The notes beneath the pieces were generated by a model, which made no database searches, was not told the origin of the DNA, and saw nothing but the letters and a program-made list of their open reading frames with translations. Below, piece by piece: positions 36,421 through 50,077 of a stretch of 64,000 nucleotides of DNA. Positions within the stretch are counted from its first letter, which is position 1; every line of letters starts with the position of its first letter. Position numbers and translations under genes: made by a program. This DNA comes from Lingula anatina (taxonomy: Eukaryota > Animalia > Brachiopoda): positions 8,556,001 to 8,620,000 of the forward strand of contig CM120643.1 in the NCBI GenBank assembly GCA_051362555.1, written 5' to 3'.

Positions 36421-38552
36421 TTAACTTTAAGGTCACGTTTTCCCCTAAATGTTTGATTGGTTTTGTGACATCTTCTAACAAATGTTTATTGTTAGTCTTA
36501 TTGTAAAGAAAGGAAAACGTTTTAAAGCATGAATTAAGATCATCATGGTCAAGTCATGGTTAAGTTTTCAGAAACCAGTACAAATTGTTATGTGAATTAT
36601 TGCATTGAACTTAGATGGGCTTTGTTTATTGGTATTCAAATAATCATTGATATGAATGGTACCTGTTAAGTTGTTTAAAAGAAGGCGATTAATCTCCCTA
36701 AAAACAGTGGGAACTAGTACACACACTTAACTGTATATATATCGCATCTATTACAGAATGCATGTAAGAAGCTAAGACGCCGACTTGAGCCGTATATAGC
36801 CGGTAATCCTGGTGGATCATGGGAAGATAGGGTAAGTGATATATCCTTGGGAATGATTATAATCAGTATATTAACGGAGACGAAAACTTATAACATGAAT
36901 TTGATCAGTATAAGTACAGAGAACATTCAAGCTTTGTGTACATTTTTGTCAATTCGTTATCTCTATGTTACGGTAGAAATAATCCTGTGAAAGAACGCTC
37001 GGTTTATAATCAACACACTAAAAATAAACTATATTTTATATAAAAAGGTCTCAATATATAAAACTGAATGTTATCTGTCGTAATTGCAGGTTAAAGCTGC
37101 CTATATGGACAGAATAAGCCTGTCTGCAACAGGTTATTACAAGTAAGTCATGGCTTCAAACGTGTTTGTATCGGTAATGTTTAGAAATACAAATGGACCC
37201 ATATCGGTAATGTTTAAAAACACAAATGGACCTAGATAGGTAATGTTTAAAAATACAAATGGATCCAAATCGGTAGTGTTTAAAAACACAAATGGAACCA
37301 AACCTTCAATCAATCTGCTAAATTAAATACAAGTTTGTGTTAAAAATGCTTCTGTTACATTATTGCATCGATCCCAAACTTTAAAGGTTATATTTTGTAT
37401 ATAACCTACGTGTGCCTTATGCGTGAACAATATATTTCAACTTAAAAAGTTTTTTGAGCGTTTCCGGTATATGCTGCCCTACAAAAAGTGTCACCACAAA
37501 CGCAATGCGAAAAGTGGCACAAAAAATCATGTCATGAACCAATGCTATTTATTCAACTTCTAAGCGGAATTATTTTTCACAATTTTTTTAATAATTGGTG
37601 ATGAAGTATTTCATTGGATAAGCTAGGCGCTCGACTACACCCATCCCCAATTTACACAATGACTGGTTGCCTAGTTATGTTATAGTAAAATAAAAACTAT
37701 GTGCACCCTTGCAGCAATGTATATAATTCCAGTAAGGGTGACGCTTTTTTGTAGGGTACGTTAAGCGTCTGTTTAAACCAACGGAATAAAGTAGACCCCT
37801 CTCTCTCTCCCCTATAAAATTGAACAAAAAGACAATTAACATGGAAACAAAAGCAGAACAAAAATTAAATAAAAATTTAATTATTTTTGTCAGGCCACGC
37901 TTTGCAATCCAAACCAAGAGCTGACATTTGTTCTTCACTATTAAAGCTTTCTGTCTAGTTAAAATGTGTTGTTTCCTTGTTATATTCAGGGTTCCCGATA
38001 CCTGGGACGATAACTATGTACCTGTAGAAGGAGAGCAAACCACGCAGAGGTACTACACATACGGCGCTGCTTGTTCCGTGGTTGAAATAGATTGCCTTAC
38101 CGGAGACCATGTGGTAATGTGCTATACTTTGTGCACACTGTTTTAGTGACAATGTCGTTTTTGTGTTTATCCCTTTTTAATAAAAAAAAGTATAACCTTC
38201 TTTCTGACTTCAGTTAAAAAGGTCAATATATTAATAAAAGATACCCTCTCTTCTGTTACAGCTAATGATCGCCATTAAACTTACTTTGTCTATAATTCTA
38301 AAAGTATGAAATATATATTTCTGTTATATTTTATTATTCCATCTGTAGTATTTATTTACCTATTGTCATGCAATAGCGTAACGGACCAGGCGTCTAGTCT
38401 AAAGTCAAAGAAGAGTAAGTATATACTGGCGTTCTACAAATATCTCTTTATAACATCTAAGGTGTTGCGAACAGATATCGTTATGGATGTTGGAAGAAGT
38501 TTGAATCCAGCCATTGATATTGGACAGATAGAGGGAGCCTTCGCGCAGGTGA

Positions 38553-38584
<32 letters not shown>

Positions 38585-41500
38585 AAACAAAAGAAGAAAG
38601 TTATACCTCAAAACTATTGGATTGGTTCCTATCAGTTATTGAATTATTGCTCTTTATTCATCGGACAGATATTTTGGAGAGTGCTCTATTAATCACATAA
38701 GGATAACTTAATAGCAAACCATCAGCTCTTTTAAAAGGCAATAGCGTTTAAAATTATTGTAGAATTTACTCCCTGGATATCACATTAAGCCATTCTAAGA
38801 TGGGAGAACAAAGTCTATAAATAAATAAACTGCTAACAAGTATAACATTTCATTTTCTAAGAGGATGTATGTGCTTTATAGGGCTATGGGTTATTCACCA
38901 TCGAACAACTGAGATACTCTTCTGAGGGAAGACTGATAACTAATGGTTCGAACACATACAAGATCCCTGGTTATGGAGACATCCCCGTTGAATTCAATGT
39001 GTCTTTACTGAAAGGTGCTTCCAATCCCAAAGCAGTATATTCTTCCAAAGTAAGGATACGCTGTATCATTAAAACCTTAAAAGATTTATTTAACAATAAG
39101 ACATTTTGGATATTAAATTAAGTTGCCTTTATTTCTGTAATCCCTAATAATTTATTCTTTTAAGAACTGCAACCAAAAACTCTTCAAGTTTTACCAATGA
39201 AGAGTGTCTATAATATGTACTGGTGAAAAGCAGCAGTCAAAGGATTACTTTGAGAAAATAAGTCGAGTGTAGTTTTGAATGCTTATAAGTTAATGTACCT
39301 AACGAGGAGTTATATTTATTATTTGATTTGGCAATGCGTTGGCTAAGTAGAGATAACTCAAAAATACATTATTGTAATACAATAAGTTGATTATGACTTC
39401 TGTAGTAAAGAGAGTAAATTTGTTTTCTTAACATTATCTCGTCATCCAGGTATTAATATAAATTTGATATAGTTTACATGTTAAAAAAAGTACCTTTGAG
39501 TAGACTTAAACCGTCTGGCTCTTATTGTTGACAGGGTATAGGTGAACCCCCTTTGTTCCTGGCGTCCTCAGTGTTCTTTGCCATCAAGGATGCCATATCG
39601 TCTGCTAGAGCCGAGTCTGGTTTGAAAGGGAGGTTCCGATTGGACAGTCCAGCCACAGCTGAGAGGATCAGGATGGCATGTGAGGACCAGTTTACACGCC
39701 AGGTAAACGTGCATTGAGAAATGCTGCTTATGTAGACCTCGAAAACCATTGTTCTTAGGCAATGCACTCGCCTTGATAAATGCTACCTCATGTTTTATAC
39801 ACGACCCTGTCTTCTATTTCCTTTTTCTGTATTCTGAATGAAAATATTTTATTTCAATTAACTGGTACTGGTACATACCGACTTAAAAACACCCTCCTTT
39901 GGCTTTGTTGTAGTGTTCACCAAACACTCATCATACCTTGAGGCCAAGGTTTATAGATGTGTAAACAAGTAGGACATGTGACCGGAAAGTTTGGTTCCAA
40001 CGTTAGTTTGCTTATGTTATAACCAGGATTCTGCCAAAAATTGTCTACGGGTTATCAGGAATATTTTTGTGGACTCTTTAACTCCCGATGATAACCGCAT
40101 GACAACTCGCAATAGCAAATTGGTGGTTAAGGGTTTTCTTATTGGACAACTGTAATCAGAATATAATGGCTGCCATGAATGTACTCAAGACTCTTTAAAT
40201 ATAATCGGTCAGAGCACATGTATGATAGTGCAGTCCAGAGCACTGAGGCATATGTTTATTCGGTACTGTTGCGTTAATAATGCTATTAAACATTGTAGTG
40301 AAGTAATTGTGATTTTGTCTAAGAATGCACGGGTACTATATTGACATTCACAGCTAAAAGATAACCAGTGACCATTCCCAAATACCAGACCGAATTTGGA
40401 AGTTATTATTATGGGGCTTCTTTGTCGGTTTTCTGATTTGAAGAACTCATATCACCATCTTTTTACCATTTTATCTTAAGTCAGATGTGTACAGTATCTG
40501 CTTTTCACCTCTAATAAATATTTTATTGTTATCTTATAATTATATTATTGTTGTAGTGTTTACCATTACATGTATATCACTTGCGTACATACTTATATGT
40601 ATTAACACAATTCAACAAAAATATGTTTGTTACATTAAGTTGAACAATTTTACCTTGGTAGTGGAGTTACATGGTGTTTAAAATTTAGAAATAAATAATT
40701 TTGAAAAATCTAAGGTGTCGCTTAACTTTTGAGAATCAGTATACATGTTCTAGATAACATATCTTTCCATAAAGTCTAGAGACAAAAAGAGATATAAATA
40801 TGCTTTACATATTTTAAAACTCAATTTGTTTGTGTAATTTTTTAATGATCTGTCCACGATATACAGCTTTTTAAAGACCTACTCTTTGTATCATTATTGC
40901 TTGTAGCTCTGTCCACTCACCTGATAAAATCCCTCCGGTGCTTAATCCAATGCCCCGACCAACAAGCTGAGTGAGGAATAGACTGTAAATACTTTCTGCC
41001 CCCCCAGAACCTCGTTACAGGCAGCAAACCATGCAGCAATGATGGGTCCCTGCCCGGCTCCTAGAACTGAATTATTTAAAAAATCATTGATGTCCCCTTT
41101 ATCAATATTGGCAAGATGGACCATGCTATCCTTTGCTACTAGAAAATCAGTGATACGTTTGGTAACCTCTGATGTTCAGAAACGGATACCCGGGTTTTCG
41201 TGGCCCAGTTGCACCCCTGATTTTAATAATTACATCTTTTTTCAGTTAATTTTCATTTTGTGATTATAATCTTTTAGCCTTATCGCATAATTACTTTTCC
41301 CGTGCCGAATTCTAATATCCCGGTGACTCATGTAATTATTAAACAGAGCAAAAATGTTTCTCTATTTCTGTAGTATTATAAATACAAGGTTATCGCAAAG
41401 ATTTACTTTCGGGGGTCATCGGGCTATTCCATGTACTCGCATGCAGCATTATCAGTACATGACCTCTGACCTACAGTAACGACGCAAAACCAGTCAGTAG

Positions 41501-42053
41501 CAAGTTTCGATAACACGTGACTAAGGGCCAGTCTCACTCTTGCTGCTGGTAAGATCAAACCTCAAAATTTGTCGGAGGATGTTACTTCCAATTTTGCAAA
41601 AGAATCACCAGGTAAGAACTCCGAATCTTACGCTTATTTTTATTCTTACATACGTTGTCTCTTGTTCTTGCTTTCTCTCTTTCCACTTACTTTCTTTCTT
41701 TTCTCTTTCACCACATTTAATAATTACATCTATCTTTTCAGTTACTTTTCATTATGTAATTATAATTTATCAGCCTTATCGCAAAATTATCTTTACTTTC
41801 CCCAGTGTGGAGTATCCCAGTGACCCCTTCGCCACAAAAATGTTCATGTGATTATTCAACAGAATAAAAAATTCTCTCTATTTCTGCAGTATTAAACCTC
41901 AAGTGTCAGCGAAATGTATTTCGGTTGGGCAACATTGTTTGCAGTGTGTCAACCCGCACGTAGACCTTCCATAACCTAGTTACTGATCACGTCCCACTTC
42001 TTGAACATCTACCCGAACATACGGCAGCAGCGAAGTTACTGTCAACGAGGAGC

Positions 42054-45000
42054 ATGGACACTGATGAGCTAGTATTCTTCGTTAATGGGAAGAAGGTATT
42101 TCAAGTGAAATACGCGTTCACGTACTTGTTTTAATGTATTACTCACCTTTAGCTTATGTTAGGATTGTTTCATTAACTGATCATAACTGTATCCAGTGGA
42201 CAATAAACGGAATGCATACTTGACAATATTTAACTCGGTTTTGCTTAAAAGTTCATATTTTCAGCAATGGCTACTGCACAGAATGGGAATTTCTACAGAA
42301 CGTTTTTTTTTTTTTTTGCATAAGGGCGCAACGTAATATAGGTATTTATGTTATATACGCGCCAGTAACACTGGTTAAAGAAGCAGCATATCTGCAATCT
42401 AATTTAAATAAGTAACGTTTATGTAGTTAAATGTTTACACTCCTAAATACGAGAGCTACCTGACTTGATAACAGATAAAGTATTCATCATATAATTACGT
42501 CTATAGTAGATAATTCTTCAGTGTTCGCTGACTAAATTCTTTTGTTTTTACGTGAATGTTAATTTTCCGATGACGTCACAATTGTGATTTTTGGGGTAAA
42601 CATTGTAAAATCGGTTTTGCAAATTTCTCCTTTACCTGAGCACCCACGAACACTGTTTCAGCGCCAATTTAATGACACAATTGACTACTTCAGAACCCTG
42701 CAAGCAGTTTTTCTTAAAAACCTCAGAATTTATCGTTATTGAGGCAAAATTGTGTCTTTGTTCAATGGTGTATTGTAATTAGGAGCTCATAAGTCATGAC
42801 AAAAACGTTAAACTAAAGCCAAAATGATGGCACGGGATTGAAGCCCATGCACTTGTGCTCGTCTATCCCAATATTTGTGATAAGATCTTGTCCAGGGATA
42901 CAGTTACGCCCCGTCCCGTTTGCTATCTCACATCAAAATTGAAAGCTGAAACGATAAACGCTCCGAGGTGCTTATGGTTAATCTTAACAAAAAGAAAAAT
43001 AAACACCGATATTTTACATTATCGAGGAGATTTTATTGATATTTTTTAGTCAACAAAAAGATAGATGCATTGTTGAAAAATTATATGCTTGTATACAAAA
43101 AGAACCGAAATCACATATGACATATCATACAAAAAATCCACTGTTTTCTAATTACATGTATCATAAAATCCTCAAATATTTAACTTTGGCCCAGTAGTAA
43201 TTGTACATGTGTATAAGGGGCAGATTTCGTTAAATAAAGAACATCTTTTTGCGAAATTCTGTGTGAAAAAATCTTTCAATAACTTGAACGTCTGATGTCA
43301 TGATTTTTTAGATCATAGAAAAGAATGCCGACCCGGAAACGACGTTGCTGCAGTATCTGCGTGAAATGCGTATCCTTTTGGTCGTGCAACATACGAAACC
43401 ATCAGTGCATTAAGTTGTACCGTAGCATGAAATTGTACTCTTCGCACTTCGTCGCCTGCTAAACCATGACTATCTCATTCAGTTAAGCTGACAGCACTCA
43501 GCGAGAAACCCCACAGAGTTGGATCGGTCTACGTGGACCGAGCGTGTCTCAGTGAATGTGCCCTTTTCTCGTCTCTCTCTTTTCCTTGGCACAAATGTTT
43601 ATTTATCCTTTACTTCAAATATCAGTGCGTCTCCCTGGCACCAAACTTGGCTGTGGAGAAGGAGGGTGCGGTGCATGCACAGTGATGATATCAAAGTATG
43701 ACCAAGAACAGGACGAAATATTGTATCCTTACACTTTACTGCTATTTTCATGGATCTTTCCTATAAAACCTTTAGGATATATTGATTTTATACCGATTTT
43801 TTTCCCTAACTGTTGACTTGTCATTATGCTTCCAATGCTTGTCTTGTTCCAATATGCTCTCTCCATGGCCTCGCTGTCACTACAGTGGAGGGGATTGGTA
43901 GTACGAAAACGAGGCTACATCCAGTTCAGGTATGGGGTGAAAAGAGAGAAGACGTACTATGAATAACAATAATCATCCCTGATACATCTTTCATTCAAAA
44001 ACAACCGTACCGGTATGGTCATGCAAATTGAAGTTGTATATTATGCTTATTTAAAGGGATAATAACTCTTTGTTTTGGCCAAAAAATGAATTTTCCTGGA
44101 GTAAACAACAATTTTCCCATACTTACCAGTGGTTAATAAATCCATTTTTACATTCAAAGTTAGTCCCTGATTTTTTCTAAAAAGTTTGTTTATTTGTAAA
44201 AATCTCTTAAGAGATTATAACAGAGTATTGCTGTCAATGGAGGTCACGTGGTCTGAAAACCAGCTCAGATATCAGAATAATTGCTATAACTGCCGTTTTT
44301 GTGGTAAAACAGAATATATTATATTTCTGTGAGTTATTCACAATGTTTTATTGTGAAATATAAATCTCATACGAAGAGTTATTATCCTTTTAATATATGG
44401 CAACTGTTAACAGTTACATGTGATCTCGAAAAATCTCAAAATTATAGCGGTCACTGAGATCTTTAATAATTGCCTTACTTGAAGCACAGTACGGTGTTAA
44501 GCCGTATGTTTTGTTAGGAATCTATGTTATATCTTTGATGACGATATCTTATTCCATCTTAGGAGATAATAGCCAAGTCCCACGGCACACAGTGTGGTTT
44601 CTGCACTCCAGGAATGGTGATGTCAATGTACACGTTACTAAGGAATAAGCCAAAGCCAACAGAGGAGGAAGTGGAAAACATATTCCAAGGTACCATGTAT
44701 CATTGCAACCCCACAAATGAAAATGTGTGCACCATTTGTTTGGATATTTATTATTTATGCTATAACATTATGTTATTTTAATTTACTAAACATTATCTAA
44801 TGCTATATAATAACTTTATACTATTCTTTTACTAAAGAGACCTTTCAATGAAAGCAGCCACTACCGACCATTTTCGAACACCACATTTGTGTTTGTCCTT
44901 TATTTATACTTTCACTTGGGTTAATGAGGAGACATAAAAACCATGTATCCAAATCCTTGAACAGCTACGGTTTTAAAATGTCGATTCTTTTAGGAAACCT

Positions 45001-48000
45001 TTGCAGATGCACTGGCTACAGACCTATCCTTGAAGGGTTCAAGACTTTCAGCAAAGACGAACCCTGTGGTATGGGATCCAAATGTTGCAAAAACCAGACA
45101 AGTAACGAAGAACATGTTCTTGATGTCGCTGAACCATGCGACTTTGTGCCCGTCGATACGACTCAAGAACCAATATTTCCCCCTGAATTAAAAGTAAGCG
45201 TAACAATGTTTATTCTGAGAAATATTGAATTTACATTTCGTCGGTCATGTCCAGTCAATTAATCCCCGTGTCGTGTTACGGTGTGCAAAATAAAATGTTG
45301 CACAATTGGACCATTTTGCCTTTTTGTTTTTACTTTTACAGTGTTCGAATGGGTTTGGGACAAAATTTCTAACGTTCAAGAGTGAGAGGGTTACCTGGTT
45401 ACGGCCTGTGTTCTTGAAGGATCTTCTGGAACTGAAATCCAAACATCCCAATGCTAGGATTGTTATTGGAAACACAGCTGTTGGTAGGATAAAAAAGATT
45501 CTATTCCATCCTAATATCACATCTCTTGTTACATTTTGTATTTTGTAAAGAGATTTGTCAAAGTTAAAGAGGGTTATATTTTAATGTATTCCAGTAGGTT
45601 CCATGATAGGGACTCGATAAACTTGTTATAAACTCGTTATGTATTGACAATACCTATGACCTTCTGTATATGTGGACAAAAAGGAAAAACGTAGATGGTG
45701 TTGAAGGATTTGTTATCAAATGTTCTGCTTTGTCTTTGACTCGTGTCTGTTACAATATGCCTTTGTGAAGTACGTAATTTGTTGTACTTTCTACCAGACT
45801 TCGTGACGTAAATTGTATGCAAAAGCTCTCGCTGGATCTTTTTTGTTTTACTATCAAATAAAACCAACTATTTCTACCCGGAAGAAAACCCTTCTTCGTC
45901 ACACAGCTTGTAACTCTGCGAAGTGGTCTCTGCTAAATTCACGTGGCTCACAGATGATCTGTCTCGACTCAAGTCTTGTAAAATATCATATGATTTGGAA
46001 GGGTTTTCCAAAACCTTGCACATGAAAATCCTATTATACAGTGGAGTCAGCTGTTTTAATTTAAAAGATCGGAGCATTTAAGTATCTTGATTGCCTTTAA
46101 AGGGACTTATCGGAGATTTGCTCAGATTGCATAACAGGGTCACAGCGCAGAAATGTGTACACAATTTGGCTGGAAAATATATGTTAATTTCTAGTGATAT
46201 ATCAATCTTTGACCCTGGTATGGAGTACGTTTGTTAGCATTTTTGCATTCCAAACAGTTGTTGGTTTATGGATATTGTTCTATTAACCCAGGGTTGGATT
46301 CAAAATACAGAAAAGCACATGCCCAAGTGATGATTGCTGCAACACACGTGCCAGAATTACATGAAGTGGCAGTGGGTGACACCGGGATCCATATTGGTGG
46401 CGCAGTTACCCTTGCGAGATTTGGCGAGATTTTAACTGAAGCCATCAAGAATACAACAGGTAGACAAAACATGATGAAATACAGTGTTTTTCTCTTAATA
46501 CAATAGTTTATGAAACCTTTCATTCAGCTCCGAAGTGTTTGAAATTCTACTTCGAAGAAATGGTCAACGTGAATCTGCCTTAGGACTAAATGTAACACAG
46601 AATAATTTTATGAATAAAAAATGACATCATATATTAGGCTTTTATACCGTTTTATGACCTGTATAAAAACACTGGCTTGGGTATATTATTTTCAACTTCA
46701 TTTTGGAAATATTGTAATCGAAACCAATGTCTTTGCAGAATACAAATACAAGACCTTGGTAGCCATGCGGGGAATTATTAATGGGATTGCAGGACATCAA
46801 ATTCGTAATGTAGCCGTGCGTCTCTTAAATGTTTGTTTTTCGATTTATATTGTATAACATACACATGCATTTTTTAGAAAAAACTGCCGTAAACGATAAC
46901 AGATAGACCGCATTACCCAGAAAGGAACAATACTATGTATTGCAAGAACACCCGCAACAAGATGAGTCTCTTTCGACATGATTACCAGTAAGAAATACGT
47001 AAGCCAACAACCTGCCTATTTCATATGTAAAAACCAACGTTACACTTGAAACCAATTTGATTTCAGTCTTTGGCTGGAAATATTTTGTGGACACATCACC
47101 ATTCCGACCTCGTTCCTCTCTTGATGGCTACAGGATCCACAATAACCCTGATATCCCAAGGTACATGGATTTCAATCTCTCCCCGTACCAACGGACGCAA
47201 GAACCTTATGGGTTCATGCTAAGGACGATAACTATCTTCTTGCTCGGCAACATTTTCAGTTGTGGTATATGTATATTGACCACTATTGACATAAATACTG
47301 TCATTTTGAACAGAATCTTTTTATGCTTTTAGTGAACGCCAACAATTTAAAATTATTGATGAGTTCTGTTTTTTTTTATAGCTACGTAGTGCTTTAAGGA
47401 TATTGTTACCCTTCGCCAAAATCTCCTTATTTACTGCCTTACATACATTATTTTGGATAACAGATAAATCTTCTATCCTGAAGAACTTGCTTCTGTGTTT
47501 GACCACAATGTATGTTTTCCAATGCATATTTTTATGTACATCATTAAATTTTGATTTTTAGAGGGTGGCCAGAGAAATGCCTTTTTGGACAACACTTTTT
47601 ACACCAGGTGCGGAAATTGGAATATTAAACCGGATGAGATTGTATTGTCTATTTTCATCCCTTTTTCCAAAAAGGTCAGCTATATTTTTGCCTTTTCAAG
47701 GTATAAAGATATAATTTGATAGTTTTTCCTAGTTTGCGTTAAAATAAACATGATGCATTGAAAAGCTTCACCATTTCACATTGTCAGTGAGAATATTGTT
47801 TTTAATTATGTCATACTGTGACTTACGTGAATGTCGGAGGTGGAAATTTTTAAGATCAAATTAAAATATGATTACATTTTTCCAGAATGAATTTGTGTTC
47901 GGATACAAGCAGGCACAGCGCAGAGAAAATGCAGCAGCAATAATGAACGCTGGGATGAGAGTCCTGTTTGAAGATGATACCAATGTTATTAAAGAAATGC

Positions 48001-49364
48001 AAATTGCCTTTGGTGGCATGTCTGAAACATCTTCGTTGGCCCTAACAACAGCTAGGAGAAGTGTTGGAAGGTATTGACGTGGTTTCTTAACTAAGGCCTA
48101 CATATGAAAAACTACGAGTAGATACGGGACAGACCAATTGTAGCTTTTCCGTGAACGTATTTCACATTTTGTGTTTTTGGGATGTTGGGTAGTTTTAGTT
48201 ACTTTGCAATTTAATGTTAGGCTACTCTTTCATGTATAAAATAAACAGGTGAAAACATGTATGTTAGACGGTTTGCTTTTCATTACAAATGGCAAAATGT
48301 ATATTATGACCAAGGCTGTATACATTTTCTGATAATTTTCAGGTATCCCTTTTTTGACGTTGAGGTGAAAACGTCAGAAATTTTTCAAGAAGTTTTTCTT
48401 CTAATCATCTGTTTATCATAGACCTATTTGAATTCGCGACTGACCTTTATTTAATCTATATCAGTCTTGCTGTCTAGTTATAACATTATTTTTGCTAATT
48501 TGCCCTTTCTTGTGTCAGATTAACTGCGAACTAAATTGTGTTAGAATGACCTGTAATATTTTCAGAAAATGGGAAGATCGGCTGACATCAGATGTAGTCC
48601 AATGGCTGGTGGAAGACTTCCCATCACCACCAGAGGGCATTGGCGGTCAGATGGCCTACAAGAGAGCACTGGCTTGCAGTTTCTTTTTTAAGTTTTTCCA
48701 CAGAGTGCAATTAGAATTGTGCAGAGGGGTACATTCACAATTTCTTTCTACATGCACAAACTTGTATCTGACCAAAATTACTACTTTGAAAAGAAATCTA
48801 GTTAAAGTATGTGCTACGCAGTTACTTAGGTAAAACACCATTTGCATTTTCTATATTCTGTTTGTTCCAATATTAAAACAGACATAAAAACAAAGTGAAC
48901 TTAAAAAAAAAACATCCTGAAAATAAATCACTGTTCAACGGATCTACGTAGCACACATGTTTTTCATGACTCAATAAACATAAAGATTTCGTAAGCTATT
49001 CAACATTTTAGCCTGGGATGGAAGATGCAACAGTTTCACCCCGGCACACACTGGCACTTCCCAGTTTGACACGTAGTATCAGCCTAGGTACACAGGTGTT
49101 TGAGGAAGTCCCTCCTGACCAGCCAAAACATGACGCCGTTGGACGCCCACTGCAGCACAGGGCAAGCTTGCAACACGCCACCGGAGAGGCTCAGTATTGT
49201 GACGACATGTCACTGGTTGACGGTATGTTTTGAAGCTTTCGGTTGTTTACCAACGTGGTGATTTTTCTTTCAGAATTTGAAGAATATTTTAATTATTTTA
49301 ACTAAACTGGGGTCAACACCACGTTTTATTTCGACCCCCGGTCAGCTCATTTACCGGTGCAAGG

Positions 49365-49401
<37 letters not shown>

Positions 49402-50013
49402 CTGTTTCACATTTGAGTAGGTGAGTTGCACTTGGCATTAGTGACAAGCACCAGAGCCCACGCCAAGATCCTCTCTATTGACACTATTGAAGCCCTTGCT
49501 TTGCCTGGAGTAGAGGCATTCTTTGGCCACGAGGATGTACCAGGTTCCAATATCAGGATGGTTCTGAGATATGGGGAGGAGATATTTGCTTCAGAGGAGG
49601 TAGTGTATTGGTTTACTTGTACATGTATCCAGTAACTTGCTGAAATGGAATGGGGTACATGTATTTTACAAAAGGCTGTCGTTTTTTTTCTTTATATTTG
49701 TATTTCCGAAATTGCAGCGGGCAAATTATGTTGTTTTAACGTTGAAACAACGTTGAACCATAACGTTGAAAAGACATTGGATAAACGTTGGATTTGAAAG
49801 TTGTGTCAACCTCAGATAACAACGTTGTATCAACGTCAGAAAACAATATTATATCAACCCCATCCAGCCTGGATGTGTTTAGCAGTAGGACATTTTTGAT
49901 GGCTAAATATTTGTAGGGTATAAATGTATGGCCTTTAAGTTAAAATTTCCAAGGTTTAGATTAACATATATAGTTAATCTAAATATATATATATATATAA
50001 GATAACTACAACG

Positions 50014-50077
<64 letters not shown>

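Larger units (their letters stand above)
21941..39964 (+). pseudogene. XDH: XDH/AOX-family copy B; full exon set with a premature stop in exon 21
   Basis: Same exon series as copy A (ATG 21941, terminal exon 39914-39964 ending TAA). Exon 21 reads gtt ggc att gac agc gtt ggt cgt ttc TAA (31157-31159) where copies A and C have AAA (Lys). It also has radical substitutions at conserved sites (SWEDW>SWEDR, GRP>GRL, NGP>NGS). A single-base sequencing error or polymorphism cannot be excluded. Confidence 0.75.
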
